This document shows, piece after piece, positions 43,655-58,500 of a stretch of 64,000 nucleotides of DNA. The stretch lies in the NCBI RefSeq assembly GCF_009914755.1, contig NC_060926.1. One strand, given 5' to 3'. Below the pieces are notes generated by a model. It was not told the DNA's origin and made no database searches. It was given only the letters and a program-made list of their open reading frames with translations. This DNA is from the human T2T-CHM13v2.0 reference genome, Homo sapiens. The stretch's first letter is position 1; each line of letters begins with the position of its first letter. Position numbers and translations under genes: made by a program.

Positions 43655-46600
43655 TTGAATGAAATCAAATGGAATCATCGAATGGACTCGAATGGAAGCA
43701 ATATCAAATGGAATCGAAAGGAATCATGGAATGCATTCAAAGGGAATAATCAAATGGACTCAAATGGAATCAACATCAAGTGGAATCGAAAGGAATCATC
43801 GAATGGACCGGAATGGAATCATCATCGAATGGAATCGAATGGAATCATCGAATGGACATGAATGGAATCACTATCTAATGGAACCGAAAGGAATCATCAT
43901 GGAATGGAACCGGAAGGAGTCATCATCAAATGGAATCCAAGGAAATCATTGAATGGACTCGAATGGAATCATCATCAACTGGAATTGAATGGAATCATCG
44001 AACGGACTCCAGTGGAATCATCGGAGAATGGAATCAAATGGAATTATCAAACGGACTCGAATGGAATAAACTTTGAATGCAATCGAAGGGAATCATCAAA
44101 TGGAATTGAATGCAATCATCGAATGGAATCGAATGCCATCACCGAATGGAATCCAATGGAATCACCATTGAATGGACTCGAATGGAATTATCATTGAATG
44201 GAATCGAATGGAATCATCGAATGGACTCGAATGGAATCATCATCGATTGGAATCAAATGGAATCATCGAATGGAATCGAAAGGAATCATCATCAACTGTA
44301 ATGAACTGGAATCACTGAATGGAATCGAATGGAATCGTCATCAAAAATAATCGAATGGAATAATCAAATGGAATCAAATGCAATCAACATCAAATGGAAT
44401 CGAATGGAATCCTAGAATGACATCGAATGGAATCCTCATCGAATGGAATCAAAGGGAATCAATATCGAATGGAATCGAAAGCAATCACTGAATGGACTTG
44501 AATACAATCATCAAATGGATTTGAAGGGAATCCTCATTGAATGGAATAGAACAAAAACATTGAATGGACACGAATGGAATCATCATCGAATGGAATCAAA
44601 TGGAGTCATCAAATGGACTCGAATGGAATCATCATCAAATAGGATCATCATCAAATCGAATCGAATGGAGTCATCGAATGGACACGAATGAATGAACAAA
44701 TGGACTCTAATGGAAACATCAAATAGAATCGAATGGAATCATCGAAAGGAATTGAATGGAATGATTGAATGGACACGAATGGAATCATCTAATGGACACG
44801 AATGGAATAATCATAAAATGGAATCGAATGGAATCATCAAATGGACTCGAATGAATGGAATCATTGAATGGACTCGAATGGAATCATCGAATGGACTCAA
44901 ATGGAATCATCATCAAATGGAATCGAATGGAATCATCGAATGGACTCGAATGGTATCATCAAATGGAATCTAACCGAATCGTCATCGAATGGAATCGAAT
45001 GGAATCATCGAATGGAATTGAAGGCAATCATCATCGAATGGAATGGAATGGAATGGAATGGAATCAGCATAGAATGGAATCAAAAGCTATCATTCAATGG
45101 AATCTAATAGAATCATCGAATAGACTTGAATGTAATCATCATCGAATGGAGAAGAATGGAATCATCCAATGGACAGGAATGGAATCATCCTCGAATGGAA
45201 TCGAATGGAATCATATAATGGACCCGAATGGAATCATCATTGAATGGAATAGAATGGAATCGTCATCGAATGGAATCATATGGGATCATCTAATGGACCC
45301 AAATGGAATCATCATCGAATTGAATAGAATACAATCATCATCAAATGGAATCGAATGGAATCATCAAATGGAATCGAATGGAGTCATTGTCTAATGCAAT
45401 CGAATGAAATCATAGTATGGAATCCCATGAAATCAACATCGAATGGAATCGATTGGAATCATTATCAAATAGAATTGAATGGAATCACTGAATGGAATCA
45501 TCATCAAATGGACTCCAACGGAATCATCGAATTGACTCTAATGGAATCATCACTGAATGGAACAGAACGGAATAATCAAATGGAAACGAATGGAATCATC
45601 ATCGAATGGAATCGAATGGTATCATCAAATGCACTTGAATGGAATCATCAATGAATGCAATCGAATGGTATAATCGAATGGAATCAAATGGAATCATCTT
45701 CGAGTGGAACCTAAAGGAATCGCCAAATGGACTCCAATGGAATAATCATCATATGGAATCGAGTGGAATCATCGAATGTACTCGAATGGAATCATCGAAT
45801 GTACTCGAATGGAATCATCGAATGGAATCGAATGGAATCATGGTCGAACGGAAAAGAATGGAATCATCAAGTGGACACGAATGGAATCAACATCTAATGG
45901 AATGGAATGGAATCATCAAATGGAATGGAATGGAATCATCATCGAATGGAATAAAATGGAATAATCAAATGGAATCAAATGGAATCATCAATGAATGGAA
46001 TCGAATGGTATCATGGAATGGAATTGAATGGAATCGTCTTTGAGTGGAATCTAAAGGAATCACCGAATGGACTCCAATCATCAGATGGAATCGAGTGGAA
46101 TCATCGAATGTAGTCGAATGCAATCATCATCGAATGGAATTGAATGGAATCAACGAATGGAATACAAAGGAATCATAGAATGGACTCGAATGGAATCATC
46201 ATTGAATGGAATGAAATGGAATCATCATGGAATGGAATTGAATGGAATCATGGAATGGACTCAAATGGAATCATCATCGAATGAAATCGTATGGAATCAT
46301 CGAATGTAACTGAATGGAATCATTGAATGGACTTGAAAGGAATTATTATGGAATGGAATTGAATGGAATCATTGAATGGACTTGAAAGGAATCATCATCA
46401 AGTGGAATCGAATGGAATCGTTGAATGGACTCGAATTGAATCTTTGAATGGAATCGAATGGAATCATCATTGAATGGAGTCAAATGGAATCATCATCAAA
46501 TGGAATTGAATGGAATCTTCATTGAATGGACTCGAATGGAATCATCATCAAATGGAATCTAATCGAATCATCAATGAAGGGAATCGAATGTAATGATCAT

Positions 46601-49110
46601 CGAATGGAATCGAATGGAATCATCAACAAGTGGAAACGAATGAAATCATCGAATGGAATCCAATGGTGTCATCGAATGGACACGAAAGGAATCATCGAAT
46701 GGAATCAAATGGAATCACCATCGAATGAAATCAAATGGAATCACCATCGAATGGAATGTTATGAAATCATCTTTTGGACTTGAAGGGAATCATCATCGAA
46801 TGGAATCGAATGGAATCATTGAATGAAATGGAAAGGAATCACCATCGAATGGAATGTTATGGAATCTTCTAATGGACTCGAAGGGAATCATCATCGAATG
46901 GAATCGAATGGAATCATTGAATGCAATTGAATGGAATCATCATCAAATGGAATCGAATGGAATCATCGAATGGAATCTGAATGGAATCATGAATGAATGG
47001 AATCAAATGGAATCATCTAATGGACGTGAATGGAATCATCATCGAAAGCAATGAAATGTAATTCAATCGAATGGACATGAATGGAATCATCATTGAATGG
47101 AATCAAATGGAATCCTCATCGAATGGAATCGAAAGGAATCATCAAATGGAATAGAATGGAGTCATCGTCGAATGTAATCGAATGTAATCATCGAATGGCA
47201 TGGAATGGAATCATCGACTGGAAAAGAATGGAATCATCATCGAATGGAAATGAATAGAATCACAGAATGAAATCGAATGGAATCATCATCGAATGGAGTC
47301 TAATGGAATAATCATCAAATGGAATAGAATGGAATCATCAAGTGGACACGAATGGAATCATCATTGAATGGAATCGAATAGAATCATCAAATGGACTTGA
47401 ATGGAAACAACATCGAATGGAATCGAATTTAGTCATTGAATGGCATTGAGTGGAATCATCATTGAATGGAATCTAAGGAAATCATCGAATGGACTTGAGT
47501 GGAATCATCGAATGGACTGGAGTGGAATCATCGAATGGACTCGAGGGGAATCATCATTGAATGGAATCTAGTGGAATCATTGAATGGACTCGAATGGAAT
47601 AATCGAATGGGCTTGAGTGGAATCATCATCAAATGGAATCAAATGGAATCATCAAATGGACTTGAATGGAAACAACATCGAATGGAATCGAATTTAGTCA
47701 TTGAATTGCACTGAGTGGAATCATCAATGAATGGAATCTAAGGAAATCATCAAATGGACTCGAGTGGAATCATCGAATGGACTCGAGGGGAATCATCATC
47801 GAATGGAATGGACTGTAATCATCGATTGGACTCGAATGGAATCATCATTGAATGGAATCGAATGGAATCAACGAATGGACTCGAATAGAATCATCATCGA
47901 ATGGAATCGAATGGAATCAAAGAATGGACTCTAATGGAGTCATCATCAAATGGAATCTAATGGAATCATCTATTGGACCTGAAAGGAATCATCATTGAAT
48001 GGAATCGAATGGAATCATCGAATGGACTCGAATGGAATCATCATTGAATGGAATCTAATGGAATCATTGAATGGACTCGAATGGAATAATCGAATGGGCT
48101 TGAGTGGAATCATCATCAAATGGAATCGAATGCAATCATCAAATGGACTCGAATGGAAACATCGTCAAATGGAATCGAATGGAATCATCATCAAAGGGAA
48201 TCGAATGGAATCCTCATCGAATGGAATCGAACGGAATCATCATCGAATGGAATCACCAAATTGAATCGAATGGAATGATCGTCAAAGACAATCGAAGGGA
48301 AACATCGAATGGGATTGAACGGAGTCATCGAATGGAATCGATAGGAATCATCGAATGGATTCAAATGCAATCATGATCGAATGGAAACGAACGGAATCAT
48401 CGAATGGACACGAATGGAATCATCATCAAATAGGATTGAATGGAATCATCAAATGGCATCGAATGGAATCACCATTGAATGGAATCGAATGGAATCATCG
48501 AATGGCATCGAATGGAATCATCATCGAATAAAATCAAATGGAATAATCGAATGTACTCGAATGGAATCATCAAATGGATTTGAGAGGAATCATCATCGAA
48601 TGGAATTGAACAGAATCATCAAATGGACTCGAATGGAATCCTCATTGAATGGAATCGAATGGAATCATTGAATGGAGTCGAATGGAATCATCAGCAAATG
48701 GAATCGAATGGAATCATTGAATATCAACGAATGGAATCATCATCGAATGCAGTCGAATGGAATCATCAAACGAACTCGAAGGCAATCATCATAGAATGGA
48801 ATCGAATGGAATCTTTGAATGGACCTGAATGGAATCATCATCGATTGCAAACGAATGGAATCATCATCAAATGGAATCACATGGAATCATCAAATGGAAA
48901 AGAATTGAATACTCATAGAAAGGAATTGAACAGAATCATCGAATGAAACCGAATGGAATCATCATCGAATGGAATCGAATGGAATCATCATGGAATGCAA
49001 TTGAATGGAATCATCATCAAATGGAATCGAATGGAATCATCATCGAATGGAATCGAATGGAATCATCAACGAATGGAACCAAATAGAATCATCAAATGGA
49101 CTCGAAAGGA
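43655..49110 (+). repeat. Higher-order unit 8 (type B with a 1036 bp internal deletion; right boundary placed at the 219 bp deletion junction)
   Basis: Marker at 43655. No ACGCGT. Sequence jumps from GAAGGCAATC to GGAATCAGCATAG at ~45,040. Confidence 0.85.
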
Positions 49111-52100
49111 ATCATCGAATGGACCGGAATGGAATCATCATCGAATGGAATCGAATGGAATCATCGAATGGACTTGAATAGAATCACTATCTAATGGAAC
49201 CGAATGGAATCATCATGGAATGGAACCGGAAGGAGTCATCATCAAATGGAATCCAAGGAAATCATTGAATGGACTCGAATGGAATCATCATCAACTGGAA
49301 TTGAATGGAATCATCGAACGGACTCCAGTGGAATCATCGGAGAATGGAATCAAATGGAATTATCAAACGGACTCGAATGGAATAAACTTTGAATGCAATC
49401 GAAGGGAATCATCAAATGGAATTGAATGCAATCATCGAATGGAATCGAATGCCATCACCGAATGGAATCCAATGGAATCACCATTGAATGGACTCGAATG
49501 GAATTATCATTGAATGGAATCGAATGGAATCATCGAATGGACTCGAATGGAATCATCATCGATTGGAATCAAATGGAATCATCGAATGGAATCGAAAGGA
49601 ATCATCATCAACTGTAATGAACTGGAATCACTGAATGGAATCGAATGGAATCGTCATCAAAAATAATCGAATGGAATAATCAAATGGAATCAAATGCAAT
49701 CAACATCAAATGGAATCGAATGGAATCCTAGAATGACATCGAATGGAATCCTCATCGAACGGAATCAAAGGGAATCAATATCGAATGGAATCGAAAGCAA
49801 TCACTGAATGGACTTGAATACAATCATCAAATGGATTTGAAGGGAATCCTCATTGAATGGAATAGAACAAAAACATTGAATGGACACGAATGGAGTCATC
49901 ATCGAATGGAATCAAATGGAGTCATCAAATGGACTCGAATGGAATCATCATCAAATAGGATCATCAATAAAATGGAATCGAATGGAGTCATCGAATGGAC
50001 ACGAATGAATGAACAAATGGACTCGAATGGAAACATCAAATAGAATCGAATGGAATCATCGAAAGGAATTGAATGGAATGATTGAGTGGACACGAATGGA
50101 ATCATCTAATGGACACGAATGGAATAATCATAAAATGGAATCGAATGTAATCATCAAATGGACTCGAATGAATGGAATCATTGAATGGACTCGAATGGAA
50201 TCATCGAATGGACTCAAATGGAATCATCATCAAATGGAATCGAATGGAATCATCGAATGGACTCGAATGGAATCATCAAATGGTATCTAACCGAATCGTA
50301 ATCGAATGGAATCGAATGGAATCATCGAATGGAATTGAAGGCAATCATCATCGAATGGAATCGAATGGAATCATCATCAAATGGAATCAAGCGGAAGGAA
50401 TCATCAAATGGAATCAAATGGAATCATTGTTGAATGGAATGGAATGGAATGGAATCATTGAATGGAATTGAATGGGATCACCAATGAACGGAATCAAATG
50501 GAATCATCTTCTAATGGAATCGGAAGGAATCATCAAATACACTCGAATGGAATCATCATCGAATGGAATCGTGTGGAATCGTCGAATGAACTGGAAATGA
50601 ATCATAATCAAATGCAATTAAAATGAATCATCATCGAAAGGAATCACATGGAATCATCATCGAATGCAATCATAGGGAAACATCACAGAATGGAATTGAA
50701 TGGAATCATCAGTTGGACTCGAATGGAATCATCAAATGTACTCGAAGGGACGCGTCAAATGGACTCGAACGGAATCATCATCGAATGGAATCGAATGGGA
50801 TCATCGAAAGGACTCGAATCAAATCTTCAAAAGGACTCAAAGGGAATCATTGTAGAATGGAAATGAATAGAGTCATCAGACAGCCTCGAATGGAAACATC
50901 ATTGAATGGAATTGATTGGAAACATCGAATTCACTCGAATGGAATCATCATCTGATGGAATTGAATGGAATCATCGAATGGACACAAATGGAATCATCAT
51001 CAAATGGAATCCATTGGAACGATCGAATGGAATCGCATGGAATTATCAAATGGAATCGAATGCAATCATCATTGAATGGAATCGAATGGAATCATCGAAT
51101 GGTATCCAAAGGAATCACCATTGAATGCCCTCGCATGGAATCATCATCATATAGAGTAGAAAGGAATCATTGAATGGACTCGAATGGAACCATCATTGAA
51201 TGGAATCACCAAATGGAATCAAATGGAATCATCATCAAATGAAATCAAACGGAATCATCAAATGGAATCGAATGGAATCATCATTGAATGGATTCGAATA
51301 GAATCTTTGAATGAAATTGAATGGAATCAGCATGAAATGGAATTTAAAGGAATCATAGAATGGTATCGAATGGAATCATCATCGAATGGAATGGAATGGA
51401 ATGGAATGGAATCAGCATAGAATGGAATCGAAAGCAATCATTCAATGGAATCTAATAGAATCATCGAATAGACTTGAATGTAATCATCATCGAATGGAGA
51501 AGAATGGAATCATCCAATGGACAGGAATGGAATCATCCTCGAATGGAATCGAATGGAATCATATAATGGACCCGAATGGAATCATCATTGAATGGAATAG
51601 AATGGAATCGTCATCGAATGGAATCGTATGGAATCATCTAATGGACCCGAATGGAATCATCATCGAATTGAATAGAATGCAATCATCATCAAATGGAATC
51701 GAATGGAATCATCATCAAATAGAATCGAATGGAATCATCAAATGGAATCGAATGGAGTCATTGTCTAATGCAATCGAATGAAATCATAGTATGGAATCCC
51801 ATGAAATCAACATCGAATGGAATCGATTGGAATCATTATCAAATAGAATTGAATGGAATCACTGAATGGAATCATCATCAAATGGACTCCAACGGAATCA
51901 TCGAATTGACTCTAATGGAATCATCACTGAATGGAACAGAACGGAATAATCAAATGGAAACGAATGGAATCATCATCGAATGGAATCGAATGGTATCATC
52001 AAATGCACTTGAATGGAATCATCAATGAATGCAATCGAATGGTATAATCGAATGGAATCAAATGGAATCATCTTCGAGTGGAACCTAAAGGAATCGCCAA

Positions 52101-55100
52101 ATGGACTCCAATGGAATAATCATCGTATGGAATCGAGTGGAATCATCGAATGTACTCGAATGGAATCATCGAATGTACTCGAATGGAATCATCGAATGTA
52201 CTCGAATGGAATCATGGTCGAACGGAAAAGAATGGAATCATCAAGTGGACACGAATGGAATCAACATCTAATGGAATGGAATGGAATCATCAAATGGAAT
52301 GCAAAGGAATCATCATCGAATGGAATAAAATGGAATAATCAAATGGAATCAAATGGAATCATCAATGAATGGAATCGAATGGTATCATGGAATGGAATTG
52401 AATGGAAACGTCTTTGAGTGGAATCTAAAGGAATCACCGAATGGACTCCAATCATCAGATGGAATCGAGTGGAATCATCGAATGTAGTCGAATGCAATCA
52501 TCATCGAATGGAATTGAATGGAATCAACGAATGGAATACAAAGGAATCATAGAATGGACTCGAATGGAATCATCATTGAATGGAATGAAATGGAATCATC
52601 ATGGAATGGAATTGAATGGAATCATGGAATGGACTCAAATGGAATCATCATCGAATGAAATCGTATGGAATCATCGAATGCAACTGAATGGAATCATTGA
52701 ATGGACTTGAAAGGAATTATTACGGAATGGAATTGAATGGAATCATTGAATGGACTTGAAAGGAATCATCATCAAGTGGAATCGAATGGAATCGTTGAAT
52801 GGACTCGAATTGAATCTTTGAATGGAATCGAATGGAATCATCATTGAATGGAGTCAAATGGAATCATCATCAAATGGAATTGAATGGAATCTTCATTGAA
52901 TAGACTCGAATGGAATCATCATCAAATGGAATCTAATCGAATCATCAATGAAGGGAATCGAATGGAATGATCATCGAATGGAATCGAATGGAATCATCAA
53001 CAAGTGGAAACGAATGAAATCATCGAATGGAATCCAATGGTGTCATCGAATGGACACGAAAGGAATCATCGAATGGAATCCAATGGAATCACCATCGAAT
53101 GGAATCAAATGGAATCACCATCGAATGGAATGTTATGAAATCATCTCATGGACTCGAAGGGAATCATCATCGAATGGAATCGAATGGAATCATTGAATGA
53201 AATGGAAAGGAATCACCATCGAATGGAATGTTATGGAATCTTCTAATGGACTCGAAGGGAATCATCATCGAATGGAATCGAATGGAATCATTGAATGCAA
53301 TTGAATGGAATCATCATCAAATGGAATCGAATGGAATCATCGAATGGAATCTGAATGGAATCATCAATGAATGGAATCAAATGGAATCATCTAATGGACG
53401 TGAATGGAATCATCATCGAAAGCAATGAAATGTAATTCAATCGAATGGACATGAATGGAATCATCATTGAATGGAATCAAATGGAATCCTCATCGAATGG
53501 AATCGAATGGAATCATCAAATGGAATAGAATGGAGTCATCGTCGAATGTAATCGAATGTAATCATCGAATGTCATCGAATGGAATCATCGACTGGAAAAG
53601 AATGGAATCATCATCGAATGGAAATGAATAGAATCACAGAATGAAATCGAATGGAATCATCATCGAATGGAGTCTAATGGAATAATCATCGAATGGAATA
53701 GAATGGAATCATCGAGTGGACACGAATGGAATCATCATTGAATGCAATCGAATAGAATCATCAAATGGACTTGAATGGAAACAACATCAAATGGAATCGA
53801 ATTTAGTCATTGAATGGCATTGAGTGGAATCATCATTGAATGGAATCTAAGGAAATCATCGAATGGACTTGAGTGGAATCATCGAATGGACTGGAGTGGA
53901 ATCATCGAATGGACTCGAGGGGAATCATCATTGAATGGAATCTAGTGGAATCATTGAATGGACTCGAATGGAATAATCGAATGGGCTTGAGTGGAATCAT
54001 CATCAAATGGAATCAAATGGAATCATCAAATGGACTTGAATGGAAACAACATCGAATGGAATCGAATTTAGTCATTGAATTGCACTGAGTGGAATCATCA
54101 TTGAATGGAATCTAAGGAAATCATCAAATGGACTCGAGTGGAATCATCGAATGGACTCGAGGGGAATCATCATCGAATGGAATGGACTGTAATCATCGAT
54201 TGGACTCGAATGGAATCATCATTGAATGGAATCGAATGGAATCAACGAATGGACTCGAATAGAATCATCATCGAATGGAATCGAATGGAATCAAAGAATG
54301 GACTCTAATGGAGTCATCATCAAATGGAATCTAATGGAATCATCTATTGGACCTGAAAGGAATCATCATTGAATGGAATCGAATGGAATCATCGAATGGA
54401 CTCGAATGGAATCATCATTGCATGGAATCTAATGGAATCATTGAACGGACTCGAATGGAATAATCGAATGGGCTTGAGTGGAATCATCATCAAATGGAAT
54501 CGAATGCAATCATCAAATGGACTCGAATGGAATCATCGTCAAATGGAATCGAATGGAATCATCATCAAAGGGAATCGAATGGAATCCTCATCGAATGGAA
54601 TCGAACGGAATCATCATCGAATGGAATCACCAAATTGAATCGAATGGAATGATCGTCAAAGACAATCGAAGGGAAACATCGAATGGGATTGAACGGAGTC
54701 ATCGAATGGAATCGATAGGAATCATCAAATGGATTCAAATGCAATCATCATCGAATGGAAACGAACGGAATCATCGAATGGACACGAATGGAATCATCAT
54801 CAAATAGGATTGAATGGAATCATCAAATGGCATCGAATGGAATCACCATTGAATGGAATCGAATGGAATCATCGAATGGCATCGAATGGAATCATCATCG
54901 AATAAAATCAAATGGAATAATCGAATGTACTCGAATGGAATCATCAAAGGGATTTGAGAGGAATCATCATCGAATGGAATTGAACAGAATCATCAAATGG
55001 ACTCGAATGGAATCCTCATTGAATGGAATCGAATGGAATCATTGAATGGAGTCGAATGGAATCATCAGCAAATGGAATCGAATGGAATCATTGAATAGCA

Positions 55101-55563
55101 ACGAATGGAATCATCATCGAATGCAGTCGAATGGAATCATCAAACGAACTCGAAGGCAATCATCATAGAATGGAATCGAATGGAATCTTTGAATGGACCT
55201 GAATGGAATCATCATCGATTGCAAACGAATGGAATCATCATCAAATGGAATCACATGGAATCATCAAATGGAAAAGAATTGAATACTCATAGAAAGGAAT
55301 TGAACAGAATCATCGAATGAAACCGAATGGAATCATCATCGAATGGAATCGAATGGAATCATCATGGAATGCAATTGAATGGAATCATCATCAAATGGAA
55401 TCGAATGGAATCATCATCGAATGGAATCGAATGGAATCATCAACGAATGGAACCAAATAGAATCATCAAATGGACTCGAAAGGAATCATCGAATGGACTC
55501 GAATGGAGTTGTCATCGAATGGAATCAAATGGAATCATCGAACGGAATTGAATCGAATCATCA
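49111..55563 (+). repeat. Higher-order unit 9 (type B; start marker removed by the 219 bp deletion)
   Basis: ACGCGT at 50750. Internal markers recur in unit 10 about 6.57-6.59 kb downstream (e.g. 49220 vs 55813). Confidence 0.85.
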
Positions 55564-58500
55564 TTGAATGAAATCAAATGGAATCATCGAATGGACTCGA
55601 ATGGAAGCAATATCAAATGGAATCGAAAGGAATCATGGAATGCATTCAAAGGGAATAATCAAATGGACTCAAATGGAATCAACATCAAGTGGAATCGAAA
55701 GGAATCATCGAATGGACCGGAATGGAATCATCATCGAATGGAATCGAATGGAATCATCGAATGGACTTGAATAGAATCACTATCTAATGGAACCGAATGG
55801 AATCATCATGGAATGGAACCGAAAGGAGTCATCATCAAATGGAATCCAAGGAAATCATTGAATGGACTCGAATGGAATCATCATCAACTGGAATTGAATG
55901 GAATCATCGAACGGACTCCAGTGGAATCATCGGAGAATGGAATCAAATGGAATTATCAAACGGACTCGAATGGAATAAACTTTGAATGCAATCGAAGGGA
56001 ATCATCAAATGGAATTGAATGCAATCATCGAATGGAATCGAATGCCATCACCGAAAGGAATCCAATGGAATCACCATTGAATGGACTCGAATGGAATTAT
56101 CATTGAATGGAATCGAATGGAATCATCGAATGGACTCGAATGGAATCATCATCGATTGGAATCAAATGGAATAATCGAATGGAATCGAAAGGAATCATCA
56201 TCAACTGTAATGAACTGGAATCACTGAATGGAATCGAATGGAATCGTCATCAAAAATAATCGAATGGAATAATCAAATGGAATCAAATGCAATCAACATC
56301 AAATGGAATCGAATGGAATCCTAGAATGACATCGAATGGAATCCTCATCGAATGGAATCAAAGGGAATCAATATCGAATGGAATCGAAAGCAATCACTGA
56401 ATGGACTTGAATACAATCATCAAATGGATTTGAAGGGAATCCTCATTGAATGGAATAGAACAAAAACATTGAATGGAAACGAATGGAATCATCATCAAAT
56501 GGAATCAAATGGAGTCATCAAATGGACTCAAATGGAATCATCATCAAATAGGATCATCATCAAATGGAATCGAATGGAGTCATCGAATGGACACGAATGA
56601 ATGAACAAATGGACTCTAATGGAAACATCAAATAGAATCGAATGGAATCATCGAAAGGAATTGAATGGAATGATTGAATGGACACGAATGGAATCATCTA
56701 ATGGACACGAATGGAATAATCACAAAATGGAATCGAATGGAATCATCAAATGGACTCGAATGAATGGAATCATTGAATGGACTCGAATGGAATCATCGAA
56801 TGGACTCAAATGGAATCATCATCAAATGGAATCGAATGGAATCATCGAATGGACTCGAATGGAATCATCAAATGGAATCTAACCGAATCGTCATCGAATG
56901 GAATCGAATGGAATCATCGAATGGAATTGAAGGCAATCATCATCGAATGGAATCGAATGGAATTATCATCAAATGGAATCAAGCGGAAGGAATCATCAAA
57001 TGGAATCAAATGGAATCATTGTTGAATGGAATGGAATGGAATGGAATCATTGAATGGAATTGAATGGGATCACCAATGAACGGAATCAAATGGAATCATC
57101 TTCTAATGGAATCGGAAGGAATCATCAAATACACTCGAATGGAATCATCATCGAATGGAATCGTGTGGAATCATCGAATGAACTGGAAATGAATCATAAT
57201 CAAATGCAATTAAAATGAATCCTCATCGAAAGGAATCACATGGAATCATCATCGAATGGAATCATCCGGAAACATCACAGAATGGAATTGAATGGAATCA
57301 TCAGTTGGACTCGAATGGACTCATCAAATGTACTCGAAGGGACGTGTCAAATGGACTCGAACGGAATCATCATCGAATGGAATCGAATGGGATCATCGAA
57401 AGGACTCGAATCAAATCTTCAAAAGGACTCAAAGGGAATCATTGTAGAATGGAAATGAATAGAGTCATCAGACAGCCTCGAATGGAAACATCATTGAATG
57501 GAATTGATTGGAAACATCGAATTCACTCGAATGGAATCATCATCTGATGGAATTCAATGGAATCATCGAATGGACACAAATGGAATCATCATCAAATGGA
57601 ATCCATTGGAACGATCGAATGGAATCACATGGAATTATCAAATGGAATCGAATGCAATCATCATTGTATGGAATCGAATGGAATCATCGAATGGTATCCA
57701 AAGGAATCAACATTGAATGCCCTCGCATGGAATCATCATCATATAGAGTAGAAAGGAATCATTGAATGGACTCGAATGGAACCATCATTGAATGGAATCA
57801 CCAAATGGAATCAAATGGAATCATCATCAAATGAAATCAAACGGAATCATCAAATGGAATCGAATGGAATCATCATTGAATGGATTCGAATAGAATCTTT
57901 GAATGAAATTGAATGGAATCAGCATGAAATGGAATCTAAAGGAATCATAGAATGGTATCGAATGGAATCATCATCGAATGGAATGGAATGGAATGGAATG
58001 GAATCAGCATAGAATGGAATCAAAAGCAATCATTCAATGGAATCTAATAGAATCATCGAATAGACTTGAATGTAATCATCATCGAATGGAGAAGAATGGA
58101 ATCATCCAATGGACAGGAATGGAATCATCCTCGAATGGAATCGAATGGAATCATATAATGGACCCGAATGGAATCATCATTGAATGGAATAGAATGGAAT
58201 CATCATCGAATGGAATCATATGGAATCATCTAATGGACCCGAATGGAATCATTATCGAATTGAATAGAATGCAATCATCATCAAATGGAATCGAATGGAA
58301 TCATCAAAAGGAATCGAATGGAGTCATTGTCTAATGCAATCGAATGAAATCATAGTATGGAATCCCATGAAATCAACATCGAATGGAATCGATTGGAATC
58401 ATTATCAAATAGAATTGAATGGAATCACTGAATGGAATCATCATCAAATGGACTCCAACGGAATCATCGAATTGACTCTAATGGAATCATCACTGAATGG

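Noticed and set aside
24849-50105. Two minus-strand 68-aa ORFs (24849-25055 and 49899-50105)
   Set aside because: They coincide with a shared 1 bp insertion variant and are useful only as a lineage marker.
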